From the human T2T-CHM13v2.0 reference genome, Homo sapiens, in assembly GCF_009914755.1 (NCBI RefSeq), contig NC_060931.1: a stretch of 64,000 nucleotides of DNA; one strand, written 5' to 3'. Shown here one piece after another: positions 28,609 through 44,081 of the stretch (position 1 is its first letter; every line of letters begins with the position of its first letter). The position numbers and the translations under genes were made by a program. A model generated the notes under the pieces. The model was given only the letters and a program-made list of their open reading frames with translations, searched no databases and was not told the DNA's origin.

Positions 28609-29616
28609 CTGCAATAAAGAGGGGAAAATGTAAGGCCATTTCCTTACTGTAAAAGAAAAAGTTAATTAATATGATTTCGAAGATTCCTCTGAGCTCTAAC
28701 ATTGTGTGACTAATTTGTATCTTCTTTTCCAAGAGACAAAAAACCAAACAACAACAAACCAACACAGCTAAAGGGAATAAAGTAAAGTAGCTATGGGGCT
28801 GCCATACTTATGGGATCAACAGCATGGCTAACAAAGTTTTCTAACAGGGACAGTCAAAAAGGTATCTGACTATACAGTCTTGAGATAATTGATCCATCTG
28901 GGTCTCATTTTCTCATCTGTTATAAAAAGAAGGGGAGGAGCTAACCTAGATTATTTCTGTTATCTCTTTCAGTTTTAAAATTCAGCTAAGAAAGCTAAGA
29001 AAAGCAAAATGAAATATAAATAGAAAGGCCTAAAGGGACTACAAGAGAGATAAGCAGAATGGTAATGAAAAGACTGTCTGCTTTTCATTTCTCATATTAT
29101 AAAACCACCTCCATATTTCATTTCCATTAAATATTGGTGTTGAAAGAGTGAGACCATATGGTCAACTCCCAATTATCATAGCCAATGGAGAGGAACACTG
29201 AAATGAATAATAGACAATGGCAGACAAAACTCCAGGCTTGATCTGAACCATGGTGCATGCCAGTTTGGGCATAGGAGAACCTGCTGCTCAGCCCATTGAG
29301 ATACTGGTGAGAAATCCCACCTTTGAGAATACAGTCATGGCCTGCAGCTTTCCTTTGAGAGGCAGGAAACAGCTCCTGAATCATTTACAAATAACCAAGG
29401 TTGACAACTAAAAACCTAACCTAATGTTTTCTTATTAAAAATTATTTAAAGCTAAGAGCTATATTTTGTGGTTTGGATAATGTCATCCAGATTTTCTTAC
29501 AATCTTTAAACTCTTTAATCACCTAAAACGAATACTGCCTCCACATGTATACTACAAACATGTTCTATCTAAGGATGAAATTATTTTTACATTTTTCATT
29601 AGAACCTTCAGTTTAC

Positions 29617-29694
29617 CTTTTCTGCGTTTTTCAAGGTAGCCAGCCTTTAGAACAAAAGGAAGGTCTTGTGCTGCAATTGGAGGAAACTGGGCTC
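29617..29694 (-). CDS. SKAP2: SKAP2 coding exon (probably exon 5), start of PH domain
   Basis: Minus strand tcatag|GAGCC...AGAAAAG|gtaaac. 78 nt, phase 1-1. Encodes (G)AQFPPIAAQDLPFVLKAGYLEKRRK, which matches recalled SKAP2. Confidence 0.97.
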
Positions 29695-30368
29695 CTATGA
29701 GAAGTTGGGGAGAGAAAAAAAAAAGCAGTGGGTAATCCATTTCAGAATAAACAAGTGCCAGATCTCATTAGATTCAGTGTGCTTTTAATTACTGAAATTG
29801 TTTAAATCTAAGTCTATTAGCTTTGTTTCAGATCCATTCCCTAGATTAATCCCCTCTATTCCTCCTAAAAGTCTCAAAAGTAAAAAAAAAAAAAAAAAGT
29901 TCTGTACTCCTATATGTTATTATAGCCTCCCAAAATACAGGACTGAGAAACTATTATAAATAAATGCAATAAATCCCTGAAAGAGAGGTTAAGAATTTCA
30001 AATAAATCATAGCTTCGTTATATTTATATTGAATTAACTCTTTAAAAATTTCAATACATATTGACTCTTTCCTGCATAATCCCTATTCCTACCAAGTAAA
30101 ACATAAAATGCTTTTCCGAATCAAATGCTGAAACTTGTTTCTCTGAGCCCACAGCAAATATTCTCTGTGTTTGTATTCAGAGAAATGTTATGGACATTCC
30201 ACTGAGTGAGTATGCTTTAGGTTTTTATAGGGCATTTAAGAGTCTAAAACTAGACAGATCTGATAAAACTATTATAAACAAATACTGGATCCCTAAAAAA
30301 AGCTTTTAAATCAAGCAAAAGTTAAGTTGATTAGAAATTGTATATTCACGGTCATGGATTATAGGTTA

Positions 30369-30736
<368 letters not shown>

Positions 30737-30827
30737 TTATCCTCAGCATTTTACTAGAACTCTAGCAAGTGAAAACAACCAATCAAAAGAAAGTTTGTAT
30801 GGAATACATCCAGTGGAAATAGTTTCA

Positions 30828-31480
<653 letters not shown>

Positions 31481-34444
31481 ATGGGTTTGATAGGAAGTTT
31501 ATTATTTACAAACTCATCACCTAATTTTACCAGTTTTTTTTTTTAATACCATGGGGATCACAGTAGTGATAAAGTCATGGATATTTTTTCTTAAGAAATA
31601 AAGCTTAAAATTAGAGCACTAATTTCAGCTCCTTGGTGGATCAACTTCACCCAGTAAACACCACACAGTATCATTAAAACATATTTAAAATAGAGCCCTG
31701 ATTTTGAAATGTATATGAAATTTTAGGGAAAGTCAGTGTACATATTTTAATAGCTGTTCAATAAATGTATCCAGTTTTTTTCAAAATAAACTTGGTACAT
31801 ATAAAGGTATAAATTATTTATTATAGGATTTTGTACATAAAACAAAAATTACAAACAGAAATCTTATCTCTGTAAACAAGTCCTGGTGAACCACTAATCT
31901 AAAGTGGATAATTGTGGAATGATCTGGTCTCATTAAGGGGTAGTCCCACAACCCTCTCACTTCCATTGGGCATAATAAATGCTCTTTACATAAGGAATGG
32001 ATGCTCACAAAATCTTAAGAAAAGTTAAATTATTCTGAAAAGAAATGGGTACCTTTAGCATAGCTTTCAACTCTAAAATGTTACTGGTCAAAAAGGAGAC
32101 AGAGAGAGATGGGAAGAAGGGAGAGGGGAGAGGAAGTGGGGGAAAAGGAAAAGGAGAAGGGAAATTAGAATTTACTAGCGTTCAATATACACATAGCCTG
32201 AGTCTTTTGCTTTAAGAAAAGTGTTGACTAAATTTCCACCTGATACATCACAATAAAATTTGATGTCATAAGCAATACTTGTTCTGAATTCTAAATTCAT
32301 GTTTCTAATATAAAATCTTTGATTTCTTCCCTGGGGAGTGGGGGAGTACATTTTTTTTAACTGAAATTTCATTTTTCTAAACCTTTATTGCTGTTTGTCC
32401 AATATCCAGGATTTGCTTAATAGCCATATGAATTCTTTAAAACACAAAAGTACACTAATAGCAATCCCTGTAAACACTTTAGATTTTTAAATTTTCAGAA
32501 GAACCATTTGGTTTGTATATCATCATGAGCATATGGACAATACTTTCTGATGGCAGGGATGGAAAATCTGTTATAATATATAAAAAAGTAGTAATTTCCT
32601 TTTAAAAAAATATGAATTCTCATATCATTTAGACCTCATATCACTATACCTACAATGATTAACGCTATTGACATTTAGGAAGATTTAGATTGGTACAAAG
32701 AAACAAGACTATAAAAATACATGCATAATGATACATGAAGAAAAGGAAATTAAGGCTAATGTAAGCCTATCTGCCAGGCAACAACAAAGAGCTGCCACAT
32801 GTTTGCCATACACCGCAATTACGTTATCTCACTATGGAACAGTCAATTATACAACATTCTGGTGAATTCACAATCACATTCTCAGCTTCACTATTAAAAT
32901 TCAAACCTTGTCCTAAAAAAAAGTTTTGCACTGGGTCTTAGTCCTTTGCACATAGTAGGCATTCAGTAAACGTTAGCTTTCATTACCTATTACAGTTAAA
33001 TATTGTTATATGTTACTATAACTGTAACTACTAGTTCAAGTGAATGGATGCTAATGTAAACGTAAGACTATGTTGCTCAGAGAAAGTTAATCAGAAATGA
33101 AATACAGGAAAAAGCATGATTCAGCAACTATACAAGTTAAGCATTGTAGCTACTTCTAAAGCAGTTAAAAGATTTCCCTTTACTTAAATGAAAGTGGTTA
33201 ATGAAAAAAGTATATCCTAAGGGGAGAACAAAAATTAACCCATATGTTAGGGACTAGACTATGCTACAGGAATTTATTATATGGGCTTGCTTAAGTGGCC
33301 ACAAACTTTCAGTGCCCGAAAAAGTAAGGTATATACTGAGAAAGACTAGTTTTCTTTTTATAAAATGAGTACGTATTTCTTATATGATAAACCTACTTTT
33401 CTAAAGCAGCTCAAAATATTAGACATTAAAATCGACACCCTACAAGGACAACTAAGCAAGGAATGGGTCTTCTTCCAGCATGCAATTTGAGAATCTGAAG
33501 CATTCAAAATGGTAACAAGGTCACAATGAATTCAAATAAACAAGTATCAAGTGCCTATATTCCCAGCAATTCAGGGAAAAAGGCAATAGTGAAATCCAAA
33601 TTTCCCTATAGTTAGGTTGATATTTTATTCATAAGGTAACTGATTCTAAAAGATAACTCAAGAATTCTAGAATGTGCCTTAAAGCTTTTGCTTTAAAAAC
33701 AAATGGTGTATATTGTAGACATAGTACAGCAAGCTTCAAGTATGGATACTAGAATTTCAAAAGCAGAGAAGAGATACAAAGTATACAAATTGATAACAAA
33801 TTACCTTAAAACTAAGGTATTACCCACTCCTGGTGATTTTATTAAACTATTACTTTATCTTTTTTTTTCTTGAATCTAGGATGAAAAACACTGGAATGTT
33901 TAAATGCCTGTAATATACTTAAGAAATAAGTTTTATCTTTTAAAAAGTGTTAACAATTAAAAATAATTATTTCAAAATGAAAAATAGTAGTTACTTCAAT
34001 TTCAGAGAAAAATATGAAGTCTGTGGTAGGAAGTATCACTTAGTGACATTTCAGGTGTTAGGTTGGTCAGGTCTAAACCCAGTCTTGGCATTAACAGGGT
34101 AGACAATTGCATTACTGTATTTAGGACAAAGAAAAGTAGAAAAATGTGTCTAGATCACAGAAGCTTCACTCAGAAGACAAGGCCTAGAACAGCACGCAAG
34201 TCCCTTGAGTAGGCAAGGGAATGGGGGTGAGAGAGAGTTAGAGTTGGGGGAGAGAGAGAAAGAGCTAGAGTTGAGGAGAATGGGAGATCTAATGGTCCTT
34301 TCTTTTTTATTTAGATTTCTCAAATCTAAATGAACAAATGTTGATTCACAATTTTGTCCAGTATTGGGTGCCTCAATACACTATATTCCAGGGTCTTCCC
34401 TAACATTGATGTGTCTCCTAATAGACTCCTCCCTGATACATGTT

Positions 34445-34480
34445 ACACATACACACACACACACAAACACACACACACAC
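34445..34480. repeat. (CA)n microsatellite
   Basis: Seen directly. Confidence 0.9.
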
Positions 34481-35265
34481 TATATCCCAGTCTGATACCT
34501 CTTTAAATGCATTAATTTTTCTAAGACAATATAAGACATCATTACCAAAGTGCAATGACTCAGAGACATTTTCAAAATAGACATGTTTTTATTATCATTT
34601 TTATTTTTTGATATGCAACTTTGGTGATCAATTTAAATGCTAGACTTCTAAGGAATCCAAAGCCTTATTTTTACTATTTTATCATCAATAAATCATCATA
34701 TTATTGGCTTCATTACACTAATATGTTCACACTTTTTTGGTTGTTTAATCTAGACTTTATGCAAAATTACGACTAGGTTTCTGAGCTTCACCTTTTGCCC
34801 CCTTCAATTTTCCCTTTTCTAGTTGGCATTTATATAGTTTTCAACATGAACACCAAGCTTTCACATAGGGTAATTTTTCCTACCACCTACCCGACTAAAG
34901 TTTCCTTTTCCCTTATATTGGAAAAGAAAGGAAAGATACTTTTTAAAAGACTGTTGTTATTCCTAAGAATTTTCACTCTGAGTCAAGATGTTGGTCCATT
35001 TAGTCAAATATTCTGTGTCACCACATGATGTGAGTTTTCCCTGAACTCCAAAAAGTAAAGAATAAACTTCTCAACCATACAACCATATCTTTTTTCCTGA
35101 CAATTCATATAAATAAAGCATCTACAAGTTTATCTAAACCTTTTAAAATTATTCATTTTCACCTAATAGTTGGGATACTGAGTTCCATAAATTGGCCACC
35201 TCCTGGGGGGAGATAGAGCTTCGTTTTATCTCTTCTAAACTCATGTAGTAAACTACCAAAAATGC

Positions 35266-35523
35266 AGCCCAGGCTGGAGTGCGGTGGCATGATTTTGTTA
35301 CTGCAGCCTCTGCCTTCTGGGCTCAAGCGATCCTCCCACCTCAGCCTCCTGAGTAGCTGGGATTATAGGTACACAACACCATGCCTGGCTAATTTTTGTA
35401 TGTTCTGTAGAGGCAAGGTTTCGCCATGTTGCCCAGGCTGATCTCAAATTACTGGGATCAAGTGATCTGCCTGCCTTGGCCTCCCAAAGTGCTGGTATTA
35501 TAGGCATGAGCCACCATGCCTGG
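35266..35523 (-). mobile_element. AluJ lacking its tail
   Basis: Antisense Alu beginning at gcccaggctggagt with no poly-T. Confidence 0.85.
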
Positions 35524-37424
35524 ATAATAGACCCATTTTTTAAAAAAAGTATTTACCCACTTAATGATTGCTTTATATTTGAAACATATATTAGGCTTTG
35601 ATTCTCCAAAAATATTATCTCATTTCATGAAGGTGATACTCTCACCTATCCACTAGTGGTTATTTTATTATCTAGATTAGCTTCTCCAGTTCTAGTTCAT
35701 TTTTCTTAAGAAGTGATAAACAGAATGAACATACATTTTCAGGTGCCAGTATGTCATAATACCGATATAATCCCAATGCACTGTAATTTTGTATAAAGGT
35801 GGAGAAATGCTTTCTGTTTTGCTTCCACTATCCTTCCAGTTGAGGTCCACTATCTTAGTGACATTTTTGGTTGAAGGGTACATTTAGTACTTAGCTTTAG
35901 GAAATAGTCCATTAAAAAGCCTCCGTTCCCAGAGCTGTGACTGACTCAGAACTCATCATTCCACAAGTGCAGTTTAATTACACTTTACTTTATAATTGCA
36001 CACATAAACTTAGAAGCTATTTTCCCTGTTTCTAGAAATTATGTAATAGATACAAAGATGCAGGGATGCAGACACTTTGTTTCTTATTCTAATAGGTTTT
36101 AAGTATAAAAATTCACTAGCATATCTGCAAAGTAAACAAAGAACCAAAACAAAATAAGACTATGCACCAACAAAGGAGAGAAACCTACACTTAACTTGGA
36201 TATAAATATTAAATAAAATATTTTAGTGGTGTGGCACATATCCAGAAGCTTAGCTGTACATTGATACTGACTTCGAAATCCATGGCACAGGTTAAAGAAG
36301 TCTGTAATGTGATCTCAGTTCCATACCTTTTTTTTTTTTTTTTTTTACCTTAAACATGTCACTGAGCCTCTCTGGACTCAATTTCTTCTTTTAAAACCTG
36401 AAAAAAATAGGTTCAATCATCTCCAAAGCCCTCCTAATTCCAGGACTTCATGAAATATATCCACACTACTATTTTTCTTGTACTTTCAGTAGCAAATGGC
36501 CAAGGTCCAAGATTAGATTGAAGTTTCAATTATATCAAATGTGGAAATTGCTCACAACATATTTTTTGTAGAACAACTAGTAACTTCTTTTACATCTAGC
36601 ATAGAACTATTTTATGTCATTTAAAAGGTTTAATATTCAGCTAGAACCTTGGCCTGGAATATGTATGAGAGAAATAAATACATAAATTAAATATTTTTCA
36701 TATTTGAATAATTCTTCCCTCCATGTGGGAAATTTGGAATTTCAAATCTGTTTATCAGTATTTTTAGTAGCAAAAGGAAGATATTATATATTCAACAGGC
36801 ACCTCAAACAATAATCACTGCCGTAACTCTAAAAGAGGACTAATTGTGTTACTTTAGCATAGTCTTTTCAAAAAGCTTGTTTTCTCATCGTAGCACTATT
36901 ACTTTCTTCAGAAGAGATTCACCAATGAATATACTAGTACTGGCGATCTCTAAGCCTATTATGATATTTCTTTTAAGAAAAACAAAAACAAAAAAGCTCA
37001 CACCATGCTTTGACATAAAGATGGTCAACTTTCAATTAGTAGAACCATAGAATTCTCAGGAGGGTTATGCTTTGGGGAAAAGGCTTTAAAAACTGATATA
37101 GCAGCCTATGTGACTACACTGGGGAAAAAGCAGAGGTTACAACTCAAGGGTTTAACATCTGCTAATCTCCTCCCTCCTCTGTAAAGTGGCCATTTTGAAG
37201 GCTACCAAGCAAAAACGGAATAACCATGAGGATAATTCAAATTTGCCTTTATTAACTCTAAAGGAGTTAGGGTGGAAATTTTCACTATGCCTTCAATAGG
37301 TCTATTTAGAACAAAAGAAGACAGTAACTATTAATATCATAGCTACATGCATGTAAGATATGCTCATGAATATAATCCAAAAGATTAAGCATTTGTTCAG
37401 AGTCCAATCAAAAGCTTCTATTTT

Positions 37425-37575
37425 ACATCTCTTCTTTCCTCCTCTCCTCTCCTGCTCCTCCCTTCTCTTCTTCTCACCTTCCTTTTCCCCCTCTTCCCTC
37501 CCCTCCGCTCCCCTTTCCCCTCCCTCTCCTCTCTTCTCCTCTCCTTTCCCTTTTTTTCTTCCTTCCTTTCTTTCT
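37425..37575. repeat. Polypyrimidine low-complexity tract
   Basis: About 150 nt that is almost entirely C/T. Confidence 0.9.
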
Positions 37576-39177
37576 TGCTGCTACTAATTTCCATAGAAAT
37601 CTACCAAACTATGAAAAATTCTAATGGCAAGATTCCAGAATAATGAAATCTGAAATCAATTGTGTTCATCAACATCCATTAAAATAATGCTCAAAAAGTC
37701 ACAGATGAATAGTATATGTGAATTATATGACACAGAGTCCAATTATCCTTCTCCATTCATTTAAAACTGCTTCTTTTACTTTAACATACATTTAAGTATA
37801 CGACCAGAAACTGAACTATCTTATTACATATCTGAAGACTGCTTCTTTAGATAAATCTTTAATATAGAACTGCTGTCCCTTTCTCATAAAAGTAGATGTG
37901 AAAAAAATCTCTTTAAGATTTCTGATTTGTTGGTCTAACAATAAACCACTAGTTATCACATTGTTAAAATATATTAAACTTGTTCCTTATAGAATTTTAA
38001 AATATGGTTTTTATCTAAAAATTCTAGAGTTATTAATTTGTGGAAAACCTTATAAGAATCTCTCAATTATTTCCGGGGAAGATAGCATATCAATATACTG
38101 AATCAATCATTTAAAAGTAAGGTTTTACTTTAGAGACAAGACTACTAGTTTATATATTTATAATATAGGGCACCCTCTGTGTTTTTCTATTTTAGTAAAG
38201 GGATCTTTAGATTCCACATAAAAAATTTAAATCAAATTTTGCCTTCCACATAAAGTAACTCCTCAGCAACTCTTTATCTGCCTATATCTTAGTCATCTGC
38301 TCTGTAGCAAGTAAAACATTAAATTCTGAAAAATAATAGCCTTTTTAAAAAGTCTATAATACATACTTTGAGAAAATGAGATGCAAGCTTAAAATGGAAT
38401 ACATTCTCCTTAAGTTAAAAATATAATTCTAAATATATCAAAATGTTCAGACTCTAAATATTATAAAATTAAATATATACAATTATGAACTGGGTTTTAA
38501 TTTAATGCATCTCTTTCCACAACAAAAGTGCCCCCAAACTGATACTGCATTTTAGAATCACGTTCAAAACCCTGGATTTACATTCAGATTGCAGGATAGC
38601 TACCAGCTCTGTGACTTAGCAAGTCACTTGATTTCATTAAGCTTTAGTTTTCAAATCTTTCAATGTAGATAATAGGAGGGCATACTATGGAGAGCTATGG
38701 TGGGGATGTAGTAGGATAGCACTTAAGATAACTCTTTAAGAAATGTTGTCTCTTATTACTACTAGTATTTTTAAAAGGCAACTCAAATTTGCCACAAGTC
38801 CATTGTTCCATACACATACAAAAAAAGGAGGCTGAAAATATAAACCACTAGAATAAAAACATGAATGTTAAACACCTTTTAACCATACGACTTTCTTTCT
38901 GGTTACAGATATTTGGCCAAAAACAAATCTGATGCATAAACACATATTTGACAAGATTATACATAATAAAGATTAGCATAAATGAAAAGGAACGTTCTTA
39001 ACTCATATATTAAACAATATTTTACTAGTCTATATTATGCGCCAGGCTCTTTTCTAAATATTACCCAAAATAGAAAACTAGGAAACATAAACTCAACTTC
39101 ACTGAAAATTTGTTGAAGGCATCTTAAAAGTCAAACAATTATGTATAAAATTTAAACAATAACAATAATAGGTCCTC

Positions 39178-39456
39178 GGCTGGGGGTAGTGATTCACACC
39201 TGTAATTCTAGCACTTTGGGAGGCTGAGGCAGAAGGATCACTTGAGGCCAGGTGTTCGAGACAGCCTAGGTAACAAAGCAACACCCCATCTCTATAAAAA
39301 ATGTATTAATTACCCAGGCATGGTAACTCACACCTGTAGTCCTAGCTACTCAGAAGGCAGGAGGATAGTTTGAGTCCAGGAGTTCAAGGCTGCATATGAT
39401 AGTGCCACTGCACTCCAGCCTGGGTGACAGAGTGAGACCCTGTCTCAAATAATAAC

Positions 39457-39480
<24 letters not shown>
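39178..39480 (+). mobile_element. AluJ with (AAT)n tail
   Basis: TSD aataataggtcct on both flanks. Confidence 0.88.
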
Positions 39481-39487
<7 letters not shown>

Positions 39488-40014
39488 GGTCCTACTTCTT
39501 TCTTCCTTACCTATGCTATCTCTGTATCAAACACAACTGTTTCTATTATCTCCACACTATAAGCTTAAATATGTTTTTTAAGCACTATCAGTGGCATGAT
39601 TACAAATAACAGCACTGCAACAGTTAACATTTATTGAGCCTTTACCATGAGTAGGTAAAGATGATGACACCAGTCATCATCTCATGTCATCATCACATAA
39701 CCCTAAGAGGTTAAGTATTACTAACTCTATATTACCAATCAGAAATCAAGATAACACACAATAAGTGGAGCAAGGACCTTAAGTCTACTTGCCCAGAAGC
39801 CCATTTTCTGAAATGCTATGTTCCACTGCTGATGGAATAAATGAATGCCATCTATAGAAACCGTGTCAGACAACATCACTGAATTACTTTTCTATAGCAT
39901 TAAAGCAATTACCATTATTTAAGGTTAGTTCCCTAAGTGTAACATGATATATTTTAATATACCATATATACCATATACCTAATATACCTAATAAATATAC
40001 CTAATATACCATAC

Positions 40015-40312
40015 TTTTTTTTTTTTTTTTTGAGATGGAGTCTTGCTCTTTCACCCAGGATGGAGTGCAGTGGCGTGATCTTGGCTCGCTGCAACCTCCA
40101 ACCACCAGGTTCAACGATTTCCCTGTCTCAGTCTCCCAAGTAGCTGGGATTACAGGCATGCGCTACCATGCCCAACTAATTTTTGTATTTGTAGTAGAGA
40201 TGGGGTTTCACCATGTTGGCCAGGCTGGTCTCAAACTCCTGACCTCAGCTGATCCACCCACCTTGGCCTCCCAAAGTGCTAGGATTATAGGTGTGAGCCA
40301 CTGCACACGGCC
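40015..40312 (-). mobile_element. AluS with TSD aatataccatac
   Basis: TSD at 40003-40014 and 40313-40324. Confidence 0.9.
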
Positions 40313-43300
40313 AATATACCATACATTTAAATTGTGGGGTGTTGTTTCATCTGTAAGATTTTGGGTCAATTTTGCTTCTTAAGAATGTATTTGAAATACT
40401 TCCATTTTGGTTTAAAAACACATATACACAAACATGGAACAAATTAGTAATGGGGAAAATGATGTTTATGGAAGGAAAAGGAGGTTCCTTTTGTATGCAG
40501 ATTCCTCTAGCAAACTGCATAGAAATAAGAAATGAATATAATTTAGATTGAATTCTTTAGCTTCTTTCCACTCAACTATGCTTTATCTTTACATAGGCCA
40601 TAGGACAATTCTTTCATTGATTTACTTACTTTTGCAACAGCTTTATGTTGTGGATTTTGAGGTATAAATTTTTAAAATTATTTTCAGATTATAAGTAACA
40701 TTTTTATAATTTGTGATATTCTTTAAACTCATTTTTATTAATTTATTTTTCCTATTCTGTATACAAAAAGTTTAGAGTCATTAATAACATAAGATTATAT
40801 CTTAAGTATCTGAAATAGGAATATGCAGAGTTATAATGTCTTCTACATTGTACAGTATAATAAAACACATTTTTGTTTTTGTCTTAAGAAAAATAACAGG
40901 TACATAAACAGTTGTCATTCTATTCCCATCTCCCAAAACAACCTTATTATTGAGGGGTGGTTAATATGAATAAATAAACAAGAAAAATAAGTGACAAATG
41001 TGTAGTTTGAAAACTATCAAACATGAAATTATTTTATGACTAACTTATTAATAGAAGGTAAATTGCTGAATTAAGGCTCTCACTCTATTTCACAGTCCTA
41101 CTCTGATTATTTGATTACTAAATTGAGCTTGATTACTAACGCAAATACGTTCCCAAACATTCTTAATGCTTTAGTCTTCATAGGTAAATAGTATACCTGT
41201 TTCTATTTAAGAAGGAAACTATCTAATTTTTTATTTAAATCAAGAAGTCTTGGCATTTTCCCTCTTCTGTCATTCAAAGTACCTACTCTGGTTTAAAGTA
41301 TTATAAGCATCTTCCTAAAAACACATGTGTATGCAATCTTTCTCCCCTCTCTCTTACAGACACACACACAATTTGTTTTCCTTCCACCTAAAACAAGAGG
41401 TTTTTCCATAACTCTTTTTTCAATATAGATATGAAATTCATACATTCTTATCTATTATTATTGTTAATTTAGTAATATACTGCCTCCTTCTCCCCCCAAA
41501 AAGCATTTCCCAGGCATTTGTACAGATACATTTGGAGAGGCAAATTAAAAGCAAACAGGAGCTATCAGTGTGTATACACACAGGGTGGGAGGGAGGGGGA
41601 GGATGGAAGATGGAGAAGAAAGGAAGGGTAAGGAAAGGGAGGAGGCAGAGTGACAAAGCAAATACCTGTATAGAAAAATGTTAATGTTAGGAGAATTGGG
41701 GTGAAAGGTATATGGGAACTCTTTGTGTTATTCTCGCAACTTTTCTGTGTCACTATTTCAATATTTTTTAAAATCAAGGCAAAATTAGAAGTCAGGGTGG
41801 AACAGAAGACAACTTGGAACTACAAAGTCATTTACACTTGTGAGGAGTGGGCCAAAAATTCACTTATAAGCTTTATAACAACCAACATGAAGCAAGAAAT
41901 ACAATAAATTATATGAGCCATTGCCCATAAGATAAATACATATCATTGTTCAGGGAAGAAAACACAACTATTTCTGGCTCCTGGTACTGAAATGGGAAAG
42001 AAATTTCTCCCATGGTTCTCAATGTCCTCAATAACATTTTTACAGTATATAAAATAAAAGTTTCATAGGGCTGTTTTGTATAACATCATTCATATTGAGC
42101 CAAAAGCTTAATGCCAAAGTGAAATTCAGTAAAAGCAATTCTACAGAATACAAAACGAGGAGGCCCAAGTATACAGCTAACTCCCAAAAGCTTTGTTAAA
42201 CTCAAGGATAAGATCATAGAGTATCTATAGGAACAGACACCCTGCACAATTTTCAGACAATCATTCCAAAATCCTGTTTGCCTTGATCAGACTTCTGGTA
42301 AATATTAAATCTCAAGAAAAACTCCATTCTCTGCAAGAAGGTAACACAACTCTTTTTATGTTGCTGCTTAAGTCAAGAGCCATATCCTTTAACAAGCAGC
42401 CAGGCTGGGGGTAAAATTAATACACTTATTTATCAATTTACAAAGTTTAATGACTTTGCAGGGACATAAACCTGGATGAAGATCATCTTAACACAAAAAC
42501 AAATCAGCAACTGGCCTATAAAGCTCTAACTCAGTGCCAGGACAATTCCAGCCTGTGAAATTTTAAGCATATACCTACTTTGTATCAACAAAATGTCCAC
42601 AGAACAACATGTTACTGAGAATGATAAAATGCCTGAGTCTACTCTTCAGTATGAACTGGTAATCATATGTACACCTGGGTAACTGAAAGGATTATAAAGC
42701 ATTGTTATCCATATAACTGAGTAAATTACTAGAGAATTCATACTACAATTTCAATATTAGAACAGTTAATGTGTAGCAGTTTTTCTTCTTACTATGGAAA
42801 TAAAAGCATACCACATGCTTAATCCTTTTTCTGATACCTAGTTTCAAAGGGGAATAACTGTAAACAGCCATTTGTGAGACTGGCCAGGGAGACAGACATA
42901 GACATTCATGTGGTATTTACAGTATCAGGCTAAAATAGTGTGTCACAAGAGTGTCTTTTTCACTGGAATTTGAGCAAGGGGATCATAAGGCAGTGTTCTG
43001 AAATTTGAGTGCACATGGAAATCACCAAGGGTACTTCTTTCAAATGTAGAAGTATAATTTTAAACAAAATCATCTATATGGCTCAGAATGGTATATTTAA
43101 AAACCTTGTTTTGTGTACAGGATTTGTAAAATATGGTCTAAGCTAATGTTCACTGCAAAATAAAAAAATCAATATATAGATAAAACACAGTTCTGCAATC
43201 AGTACACACTGAAAACAGAAGGAAAATCCCCAAAATATAAATGATAGTGCAACTAATGATTTTTATTTATAACTACCTAATTTTGGGGTCATTAAAATAA

Positions 43301-43783
43301 TTTTGTAAACATTTAATACACCTTTCACAGTAGTCTTGAGAGAGAAAGAGAGGCTGTCATAATAAAAAGCAGTACTGAGCAGCCAGTTGCCTGCATGTGT
43401 TGGTTCATTCATCAGGCAGTTACCGAGCATCCCCTATGTGCCAGGCACTGTGATGGAGCAAGAGGTACAGCTACAGTCCTTGCCTTTGAGAAGCTCATGA
43501 TTAGGTGCAATTCCCCACTAATAAAGAGATACAAGAAACCAATGAGGAGACAGAAGAATGAGAAGCAAGATAGCCGTAAGACATGAAGAACAAAGAGATC
43601 ATCCTTATATTTATATCCCACCTTAATATCTACTTTCACAATTACTAACACTCCCATTCAGTTCTAAACTTTATAACCATCAACATGAAGAAACATAATA
43701 AAAAGGAAGAAAATTGGGACAGAACGTATAATATAAAAAGTGCCTATTTAGCTATGTGATTTTAGCATATTTTTAAAAAAGTA

Positions 43784-44081
43784 AGCCGGGCACGGTGGCT
43801 CATGTCTGTCATTCCAGCACTTTGGGAGGCTGAGGCGAGTGGATCACTTGAGGTCAAGAGTTTGAGACCAACCCAGCCAAGATGGTGAAACCCCTTCTCC
43901 ACTGAAAATACAAAAATTAGCAGGGCGTGGTGGCATACACCTGCAATCCCAGCCACTTTGGAGGCTGAGGTGGGAGAATTGCTTGAATACAGGAGGCAGA
44001 CGTTGCAGCGAGCCAAGATCACACCACAGAACTCCAGTCTGGGCAACACAGTGAGACTCCGTCACACACACACACACACAC
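43784..44081 (+). mobile_element. AluS with tail converted to (CA)n
   Basis: Dimeric Alu ending ccgtc(ac)n; aaaaagta on both flanks. Confidence 0.88.
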
